Virus record (IMG/VR): IMGVR_UViG_3300006789_000002
Location: 1 to 52,282 of that record
Direction: 5' to 3' (one strand)
Source of the DNA: a virus
Lineage: Duplodnaviria > Caudoviricetes
Length of the DNA stretch: 52,282 nucleotides
Made by a program: the position numbers and the translations under genes. Shown piece after piece: positions 20,189 to 29,700 of the stretch. The notes beneath the pieces are model-generated. The model made no database searches. It saw only the letters and a list, made by a program, of their open reading frames with translations, and was not told the origin of the DNA. Within the stretch, counting starts at the first letter, position 1. Each line of letters begins with the position of its first letter.

Positions 20189-20593
20189 ATGTTAACCCAA
20201 GTTGATATAAGAGTTTACTGGGATTCCGTCAAGCGTGGCTTGCGGGAAATAAAAAAAGAAGCAAACCCAGATTGGCGACCAGAGGACATATATACTGCTA
20301 TAGTGAACGGAGTAGCAGAGCTTTATATAGATATAGAGCAAGAACCGTGTGAGAGCTTTATTATTTTACAAGAAAAGCCAGCAATGTTCAGTCCAACAAA
20401 GTCGTTACTTATTTGGGTGGCTTACGATAGAAGAGGAGATGCTAACGAGATGTACATGGAATACATAGAAGAAATGGCAAGAGAGAGAGGATGTAACAGA
20501 GTTGAACTCTGGACTCCATGGAGAGGTCTAGCTCAAGCATTATCTCACAAGGATTATAAAACGAAATTATACATAGTGGAAAAGGAGTTATAA
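20189..20593 (+). CDS. GNAT-fold-like virion morphogenesis protein
   Basis: LLIWVAY...MARERGCNRVEL...GLAQAL; position just before ejection genes, as in podoviruses. Confidence 0.5.
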   Translation: MLTQVDIRVYWDSVKRGLREIKKEANPDWRPEDIYTAIVNGVAELYIDIEQEPCESFIILQEKPAMFSPTKSLLIWVAYDRRGDANEMYMEYIEEMARERGCNRVELWTPWRGLAQALSHKDYKTKLYIVEKEL

Positions 20594-21183
20594 TGAGTGG
20601 AGGCGGCGGATCAACAACAATAAAAGATACAAAATCACAGAAGGCTTTAGCCTCTATTGCTGCACAAAGGTTTAATCTTTATCAACAATACTACGTCCCT
20701 TTCGAGAATCAGTATATGTCTGATATTTTTTCAATGAAGAGCCCAACTGCTTTTGAGAATGTAGAAAGCTTTGTTACTTCTGTTCAACAACCAGAATTTC
20801 AGGCTGCAAGAAGAAATATGCAGGAAAGAGCATTTGCAATGGGAGCAGACCCAACCAGTGGTCAGTACCAGGCAGCAGCAGCTCAAGCACAACAAGCACA
20901 GGCAGCTGGCATGGGAAGGGGAGGAGCTGAGGCTCTATCAGGTCAGGTCGACAGATACTACCAAGGAATGGAAAACATAATAGCCATGGGTCAAGGACAG
21001 GCTGGTCAGGCTATGTCTGGTCTTGGTGATGTTGCAAATATTGCACAGAAGAGGGGAAGGGCGGTAGCCCAGGAATCAATGGGAGACTATACATCAGCTC
21101 TTGGTGCCGCGGGTACAGCAGCTGGTCTTGGTTATGGCTACTACTCAGGAAGATCACCTGGTAAAAATAAAGGAATCGGATAA
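20593..21183 (+). CDS. Putative internal virion/DNA ejection protein
   Basis: MSGGGGS start, Ala/Gln/Gly-rich helical sequence. Confidence 0.6.
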   Translation: MSGGGGSTTIKDTKSQKALASIAAQRFNLYQQYYVPFENQYMSDIFSMKSPTAFENVESFVTSVQQPEFQAARRNMQERAFAMGADPTSGQYQAAAAQAQQAQAAGMGRGGAEALSGQVDRYYQGMENIIAMGQGQAGQAMSGLGDVANIAQKRGRAVAQESMGDYTSALGAAGTAAGLGYGYYSGRSPGKNKGIG

Positions 21184-21185
21184 TA

Positions 21186-21653
21186 ATGGCATTTTTTATG
21201 CAAAATGATGGGTATGATGATCCCTACAACCCTAATGACGGTAGCTTATATGTAAATCCATATAGAAAAGGTGATCAATCTGCACAAGACACATTAGCAA
21301 AACTATATGAGTCAGAGTTTCAAGATTATTTAAATAGGTTCTTTCCTGTAGAGCAGGACCTAATAGCCCAAATGACAACGGGATTTGAACAACTACAACA
21401 AGAAGAGATAGGAAGAGCACAATCAGCAGTTGCAAGACAGTATGCTAATACCAGGGGTCAGGAAACAAGAAGAAGAGCTGGCTTTGGGTTGACTAGAGGA
21501 CTAACACCAGAAGCAGATTATCAAAGATCGGAAACATCTTCGTTGGTTGCGGCAAGAAACTTTGCAAGAATGAGATCAGAAGAAAGACGAAGTCAGATAA
21601 TGTCTGGCGGTCTAGGAAGTGCAATGACACAAAGGAGTGCGTTAAGTGGCTAA
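21186..21653 (+). CDS. Putative internal virion protein
   Basis: Helical; in the ejection gene cluster. Confidence 0.55.
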   Translation: MAFFMQNDGYDDPYNPNDGSLYVNPYRKGDQSAQDTLAKLYESEFQDYLNRFFPVEQDLIAQMTTGFEQLQQEEIGRAQSAVARQYANTRGQETRRRAGFGLTRGLTPEADYQRSETSSLVAARNFARMRSEERRSQIMSGGLGSAMTQRSALSG

Positions 21654-22137
21654 AGGATTAATAGGAATAGGAAGAGAGCAAAAGAGGCAGGCGTTGGCGG
21701 GTCTTACAAGATCTGCTGAGTTAGAAGCACAGCAAGATATAGCAAATATGCAGCTTAGTGCACAGAAGAAGGCTGCTCAAATGAATGTTGTTGGAACCGC
21801 TGGAGGTATTACAGCCGCATCCTTATTAGCAAAGCGTGGTGCTTCAAAAGTATTAAGTGGTGCATTAATGTCACCAATTCCAGGAGGCACGGCAGCCGCA
21901 ACAGCAGCAGCAAATCCAATAGCAGCACAGCTAGGTTTATTGGGAGGCAAGGCGGCGGCTGGAACTGCGGCAGGAAGTGCAGCAGCAACCACAGCAGCAG
22001 GAAGTGCAGGGGCAGCAACGGCGGCAGCTGGAGGTGCAGCGGCGTCAGGTGGGGCAATGGCTGCATTAGCAGCAGCAGCACCATGGGCAGCATTAATTAT
22101 AGGCGGAGGGTATCTTCTTAAGAAGTTATTTGATTAA
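21646..22137 (+). CDS. Putative membrane-spanning ejection (pilot) protein
   Basis: Very Ala/Gly-rich, C-terminal PWAALIIGGGYLLKKLF; GTG start with AGGAG. Confidence 0.6.
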   Translation: MAKGLIGIGREQKRQALAGLTRSAELEAQQDIANMQLSAQKKAAQMNVVGTAGGITAASLLAKRGASKVLSGALMSPIPGGTAAATAAANPIAAQLGLLGGKAAAGTAAGSAAATTAAGSAGAATAAAGGAAASGGAMAALAAAAPWAALIIGGGYLLKKLFD

Positions 22138-22139
22138 AA

Positions 22140-23720
22140 ATGGCAAATGAATTTGGAACAGGTTTCAGTCAGGGATTAAACTATTATACAAAGTTTGCAG
22201 AAATGCAGCAGAATAAACTTCTGGACGAGGAAAGATTAAAAACAGAAAAGCTTAGACAAGAAAGCTATCAGTTTGAATTGGAAGAAAAAAAATCTACTCA
22301 AGATGTAAGAATGGAAGGCATTAAATCTGAAACAGATTTCAGAACCGCAAGAGCAGAAAAAACAAGGGTTGAAACAGATGAATTTATTGCACAAGCAAAG
22401 AACAGAAAAGAAAATGCAGAATTGCTTCTTGAAACAAACAAAAAGAATTTAGAGATTGCAGACTATAAACTAACAGCAGAGGCAATAAAAACGGATGATG
22501 TTGTAAGGGGTAGAGCCTTCGAAAGCCTAATGAATGCATATGCAATTGCTGGAGATGCATCAATAGATATTGACGTAAGGGCAAGTAATGTTGAGGAGGC
22601 GTTAACACAAGTAAGACCATACATCGACTGGACAAAATACTTAGATGATAGTTACTGGCAGGGCTGGGAAAAAATTACCCCACAACTTGAGTCTGGTGAC
22701 TTTGAGGGCATAGCAAGAGATCATTCAGATGTTCTTTCCGTTATATACAAGGATAGTCTAGACACATTTAAGGGAAAAGATTTTGTTGCAAAAGACGGAA
22801 GAAAGGGAGTGATACAGGGAGTAAAACTTTCAGGGGACTTTAATCCCATACCCGAATCTGCAAACTCCTTGGTTGGGGGAACCTATTCTGTACTTTTTGA
22901 AGGGCAAACAGAGCCAGAAGACGTATTTACTTTTATGCCAGACAAGGCACAGTATGCAAAAACTATAAAAGAAGACCAGGAAGGCACCGATGCCAAGGTT
23001 GTTTCTATTGCAGATATGGTGGACAAGGTTTCAGCAGAGAAAGACTTCGCTATGTATTTAATACAGAGTCCTGAAACATTTAACTCCTTAATGAAAGCAT
23101 CTAAAGGCAGTATTAGTCTTACTGGTTCGCCTACCGACAAGAAAAATAAAGTAGACATCTATAATAGTCAAAAAGATAAAAGAACAAAAATATTGGGTGA
23201 TGCACTTAAAAAAGCCAATGATCTTGCTGACGAGGAATATTCGGATCCAGAAAGTGTATACCTTCAATCTCTTTACAACAGCTTGCCATTTTCAATAACA
23301 ACATCAAACATTCAAAAGACAACAGATGGTTATGGTGGCGTAAAATATGAATATAAGGATGGAAAAAGCTCAGACACCTTAGTCGCACAATACCATAAAG
23401 AGTATTTAAACTTAGAGAAACTCTCGGGTGAGGTAGAAAACTCATATGCTGCTTTTGAACAACTTGAAAAAAGACTACCAGGACAAAAGGCAATGTATGG
23501 CTTTGGACCAGTCTCCATATCATTTGATAAAACAAAATCCTATGTGGATGCAATTCTTGAGGATAGCTACGGTGCAGATGTCTATAATAAATACAAGCAA
23601 GACGCATCTATTCAATACGAAAGAGCTTATAATGGAAGAAGTCTTGAAGATGCAACCGATGCAAAGTATCTTGCATTCATGGAAGCCTTTATAGAAAGAA
23701 ACTCAACTATAGGAAACTAA
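22140..23720 (+). CDS. Putative ejection protein
   Basis: FGTGFSQG start, long charged coiled coil; precedes the giant protein. Confidence 0.55.
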   Translation: MANEFGTGFSQGLNYYTKFAEMQQNKLLDEERLKTEKLRQESYQFELEEKKSTQDVRMEGIKSETDFRTARAEKTRVETDEFIAQAKNRKENAELLLETNKKNLEIADYKLTAEAIKTDDVVRGRAFESLMNAYAIAGDASIDIDVRASNVEEALTQVRPYIDWTKYLDDSYWQGWEKITPQLESGDFEGIARDHSDVLSVIYKDSLDTFKGKDFVAKDGRKGVIQGVKLSGDFNPIPESANSLVGGTYSVLFEGQTEPEDVFTFMPDKAQYAKTIKEDQEGTDAKVVSIADMVDKVSAEKDFAMYLIQSPETFNSLMKASKGSISLTGSPTDKKNKVDIYNSQKDKRTKILGDALKKANDLADEEYSDPESVYLQSLYNSLPFSITTSNIQKTTDGYGGVKYEYKDGKSSDTLVAQYHKEYLNLEKLSGEVENSYAAFEQLEKRLPGQKAMYGFGPVSISFDKTKSYVDAILEDSYGADVYNKYKQDASIQYERAYNGRSLEDATDAKYLAFMEAFIERNSTIGN

Positions 23721-23723
23721 GGT

Positions 23724-26700
23724 GTGGCAGATACATTTGACTTCAACAACCCTCTCGGACTTGACGAGGAGCTAGAAAAAGAAAACTCTTTATTGGGATC
23801 TCCTGATATTGAAAAACCGCAAGAAGAACAGAATTTTGATTCTGTGTTTGAAAAAAACAAAAATAAAAAATTTGTTGATAGGATTATAAATCCAGAAAAC
23901 TATCCCGCTCCAACACTTACTGATTCACAAGGAAGAAAACAAACTCACCTTATGAGTGCAGACCTTGATCAAAATAATGACTGGGTAGTATATCCAAAAA
24001 TTATATTAGAAAATAACAAATATAAAAGAGTCAATATGGAAGAAGCGATTTCTTCTGGAAACTCCATAAACTTCGGAAAAAATCAAGATCTTGCACAGGG
24101 ATTTTCGCAAAACTACAAAACAAAAAAGTTTAAAGAATTTTATAATGAAGATAAGGAGTCTTTTAACTTTGAAGATCCCTTAAGACAAGAATACCTAAGA
24201 AAAACAGCAACGGGTCCAGTTCCTTCTGACTTTGATGGAACTCCAATAGGTTCTGCTGTAAGTTTTATAAACAAGGTTTTTGTAAAACCTTTCGTAACTC
24301 TTTCAGAAGAAGCAGAAGAAAGATATCCAGAATCACCCATTGAAAATTTGCTTTATGCAGGAGATATAACAAAAAGTCTTGCATTTAAAGAAAGAACCGA
24401 GCAGGCTCTTTTTGCCGCAGGTCTGGTAAATGAAGAAGAAACAGCAAAGTACAAAAAGGGCGAGGCTCAATTTGGGGTTGGGGATTATGGTGCGGGGGCA
24501 TATGCAGAATTTTACAACGCGAAACTGCAAATAAGAGCCAAAGATAGATATAAAAATGATGCAAAGTACAAAAAATCTGTAGATGATAATCTTGCAATAG
24601 CACAAAAAGAGTCTATTAAAGAGTTTGCAAAGATTGATAAGGCTATACAAAAAAAGAGGTCTGATAACAACCTTGGACCCTACGGGAGCTCTGTATCTAG
24701 TGCAGTAGAAAGTATTGCTGTTATAGGTACTGGAATGGCTGTAAATTATCTTTCTGGTGGCAGAGCAACCCCAGCTATAACAGGAGGAACGCTTACATAC
24801 TTTGGTTTGCAAACAGCGGCAGCATCTTATTCTGAGGCAAGACAGCAAGGAATACCTCACGAACAAGCCTTTGGTTATGCAAGCATAAATGGAATATTAG
24901 AGGCTGGAACGGAAATGGTTCCAGTTATGAGATTCCTTTCTCCGAGGAGTAAAGGAACAATAAAAGATATATTAAAATTTGACTTAGCGACAGTAGCGGC
25001 TGATGTTACCTTGGAAAATGTTAACAGCTTATTACAAGAACATAACTCGGTCTGGTTTGATTTGGAGTCAGAACTAAAAACCGCATACGATAATCAAAAC
25101 AATCCTCTATATGAAGGAAGGTCTGTATCAGAGGTCTTGGTTGATATTGCTGGGCACACAACTCTTTCATCTATTATTGCGGCTGGATCTATATCTGCGT
25201 TTAGAAGCACTGGGGGTATTATATACAGTGATGAGGTTAAAACGCTTATAAGGAATCAAAAAGATAATCCCGAGCTTGAGTTGTTTATTGAAAACTTTTC
25301 AAATAATGTTAACAACTTACAATTAAACTACAACGCAATTGATAGTGCATCAAGAATACTTTTAGATCCAAACACCAACGGCAAGGGGTGGACGGCAGAT
25401 GAGGTGATCGCATTAGAATACTTTAACCAGCCATTTATAGATTTTAGAAAGCCTTTGGTAGTTGGAGAAGAGGGTGAAGTTTCTCAGCCAGATGACTATG
25501 TAGAATCCCTTGAGTTAAAGTTTCCAGCAAAAAAACAAGAAGAGTTTAATTTTGAAGACCCTCTATCAGGCGGATTGAAAAAGAAGGTTGCAGGACCCTT
25601 AACTTCTGAAATAGATTTAGACCTGTCTCCAATAATAACTCAAAGACTTGACGCAAACATAAACCTTCTTGAGGCAGACTTGCCGACTAACCCAACTTTA
25701 AATATAGACCAGATAAGAAATGACTCATATGATCAAAAGGAATTAGATCTAACAAAAAGTTTAATTATAGATACAAGAACCTTTGAAGAAAAATTCCTAG
25801 AAGAGCCATCTGGAGAACAAAAGTATTACAGGTTCAGGGACTTAAACAACGAAGAGGGTATAAATGCCTCTAAAGGAATTATAGATCTAACCAAATCAGG
25901 AATGCCACTGGATATATTTACAGATCTTGACTTTCTTGGTGCTCATACCAAAGACAATAGATATAAAACATTCGATGCCTCATATGGTATCTATATGCCA
26001 ACACTTAGGGGTGTATCTTTCTCACCTATTTCTGGAATATCAGAATTAAACTTTACAAATAAGCTAGGGTCTAAACTAAATTTAAGATCAACCATAGCCC
26101 ATGAAATGGGACATCATATAGACTTTACAATTGGAAGATCTCCTAGCGATAATCTTAATGTACTTCAGCCAGCAACAGCAGAATCTCCTTTATTTAATTT
26201 ACCAAACTTTAGCTACAACGAAAGTACGGGAGCTCTAGATATTGCAGATAATTCTGGTGGAGAAGTAATGAGAGAGGCTCTTAGAATGTTTAATGAGGGT
26301 CAGAAGGGCAAATACTATGACGGCAACATGCTTAGATATCCATTCAATGAAATGATTGCAATGAATGGAAGTATGACTCCAGCCCAAGAAAGAATGATTA
26401 AGGCGGAGGTATTTGGTCAACTTCATGAATTATATTATACTAATAGATCACTGCTAGAAGAGAAGGCTCCAACAGCACTAAAATTAATAGAGGAACTGAA
26501 CGATGCAATTTCAATTGACGGAACTACAAAGAAAGCTCAGAGAGTACAACTTGCTTTTCAAACACCCAGTGCCCAGCGAAGTGTTGAGGTTTCAGACAGA
26601 AGAACAGACGCTGAAAATGATAGATCAGGCGATAGCGTCCCAGAAGCCAGTGCAAGATTGGTTGGACAGGAAGAATCTACAGACGGGGACCGTGTTCGAC

Positions 26701-29700
26701 CTGAAATACCAGAACTAGAACAGGTAAAAACAACAGGTCAAGTAAAGGGAGCTCCAGAAGGAATGGACTCCAAACAAAAGGTAGGGGCACTCAGACGAAA
26801 AATGAGAGGTCTTGCAGAGCAAGGAGTCTCTCAAAGATTCTGGTATGAGCAAAGCGGTCAAGCTCTACTGGATATAACAAACAACAATAAAGAAGACGCA
26901 GATAAACTTGCACAAGTTATTGCAATAACATCACCAGGAAATAAAGTAGAAACAAACTTCAACTACGCATTACAAGCTTATTATCAATATATTGCTGGAG
27001 AAAAAGTAAAGACTGGAAGATTCCCTCAAACGGCGAGCAAAAAAATAGCTAATGTTTTTGAGGGCAAGGACTGGAGCGGAAGAAAAACCAACGAATTTTA
27101 TAACAACATTATGAGGGTCATAGATCCTTCTAGAATACAGGGAGTAACTGTAGATGTTTGGATGGTGAGAGCATTTGGCTTTGACACTGACGCCCCAACA
27201 CCTGCACAATACACGTTTGTAGAAAACGAAGTGCAAAAAATATCCAACCAACTTGGTTGGGAACCTCAACAGGTACAGGCTGCTATATGGACGGCACAAA
27301 AAGCTATTGGTGATAAGACCGATGTAAATGCCGCTGGGTTTAATTATGCCAGTGCACTAGACAAGTCACTAGGTCAAATAAGCTGGGAGTCTATACCAGG
27401 AAGAACATCAGGGCATATGCCTGAGATGTTTAATGTGCCATACGAGCAGTTACAGGAATACCATGTTGCAATATCAAAAGCCCTGCAAGATGAAAACGGA
27501 TCGGATTTTATTGCCAACACCCTGGGAATACTGTCGCCTGGAATAGTTGAGGCACCAGGGTTCTTTGAGGGCAAGGTAAGCCCAGGATCACAAACACAGA
27601 TAGCCCTAACAAAAATATACAAGGCAGATCCTAAAACTGAATTTGCAAAACTAGAACCTGCGGCAGAGGACCTAGCAAAAGCATACTCAGCAGCCATTGG
27701 AATACTTTTAAAGCAGGACGGTATTGGGTATCACAAACCATTCTTCCAAAAGGGAATAGCCAAGACTAAGTTAAATGGAATGGATATTAATATAGGAAGA
27801 CCATTAACTGAAAACGAAACACAGATGATTGCAGAGGCAATGGAAAAAGAGTCAGGAATTAAGGACTATAATCCTATAGGGACAGCAAATGGTGCGAGGC
27901 TAATTAACTTCTCATACCTTGACATACCAAACTTAAAATTCAAAAAGATTGTAACCAATGTTTTAGATGGTGTACAATTTGAAAATAACGAAGATGTTGA
28001 CCTTGGACAATTTGCGTCCAGCGAAGGATATCTTTCTAACGACTGGAGTAAAAATAAAAATGGCGAAAGTTACATTGAGAGTATTAGAGGAATCTCACCC
28101 GATCTTCAAAGAAGGGTTGAGAATATCGTCAGGGACCTCAAACAGAGAATTGATGAAGTCGACCAAACCTTCTCAGAAAAATACGGATGGACAAGAGATG
28201 AATCAATCAACTCAAACTACACAGGACAAGCAGACCTAACTCCACCAACCTTATCTAAAAAGGTTCTACCAGAAGAAGAATCTCAATTCGATATTTACGA
28301 GACAATGACATCTAACGATGCATCTCAACTATTTCAAGCATTTTCTTTTTTTCAGGAGCAGGCTGTAGATAAACTAGACAGGCTAAAAGCTTTTGAAGAA
28401 AAGCTAGGAAAATTAGTTAGTCCAAAAGAAATGAGAAGACTATCTGTTGTAAGAAAAACAGATGTGTATCATGGAAAGGTTAAGTACGGAATGGACAAGG
28501 CTGTTGAGGCAACCACAGAAATATCTGAGTTCTTAAATAGCGTCAATATAACAAGAGAAGAGTTCAACGATTTTCTCAAAAACCTGCACGCCCCAGAAAG
28601 AAATAAAAAGATCAATGAAAAATACAACAAAGAAATACCCGAGCTTGAGGCTGAGCTTCTTGCTGAAACAGAAAAGGGAAAAAGAACTGTTCTTAAAGGA
28701 AAGATTACTAAAAGAAAAAATGTATTAGCAAAATATCAGGACAGCGGATCTGGAATAAAAACAGATAAAGCGATTGAGACTCTTGAGTCTCTTGGAATTA
28801 AGTTTAATGAAAAGACAAACAAGGCAAGTGCAAGCAATGAAAAGGGCAAGAACCTCTTAGATGCATTCAAGCTATTTGAATCGTATCAGCAGGACACATT
28901 AAACATATACAGAGATCAGGATCTTGTAGACGAACAAACCCTAGAGGACTGGGATAGCTCATATAGATACTATGTACCACTAGTTGGATTCTCTGTTGAA
29001 ACTATTGAAGACAACTCACCAAGAGCAACTGGTGGTGGAATAAGTGTCTTTGGAAGAGAGGTGATGGAAGCTAAAGGAAGGACCTCTGAGTCAGGACCAC
29101 CTCTAGAACAGGCTGTTATAAGAAGGCAGTCGGCTGTGGTTCGGGGAGAAAAGAATTTCATAGACAAATCCTTGGCTGAGCTTGTTAATACATTCCCAGA
29201 TAAAAAGCTATGGCAGGTTAGGGGTGTAAAAAGAAACGAAAGACCTCATAAATGGGATGGAAGGGAATCTAAGATAGGATTTAAAGAAAACGGCAAACAA
29301 AAGTTTATTGTTATAAGAGACGAGAGACTGGCGAAGGGATTAGATGCTTGGGGAAATAACAGCATGCATTGGTCAATTGGCGTTATGAGAGGGCTAACAG
29401 GAACGCTGTCAAGCCTATATACATCCCTTGCCCCAGAATTTATTGTTGGAAACTTCTTTAGGGATTACCAAACTGGGTACTTTAATCTACTAAAAGAACA
29501 AGAGATAGAGGGCGGGCGAGCACAGAACCTAGATCTAGCAAAGGCGTTTAAGCCAAACAATATAGCCAAGACAATGAGGCAACTTAAGGATGGCTATGTA
29601 ACCAAAAGCCTACAAGAAAAAGATCCAGAAACATTTGCACTCTTTGATGCGTTCCAGAAGTTTGGAGGTCAGACTGGTTATGTGAATGCCAAAGACATAG

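Noticed and set aside
20771-20980. Same-strand alternative-frame ORFs (also 23446-23694, 40014-40274, 46203-46418)
   Set aside because: No convincing RBS or protein-like pattern; treated as chance background
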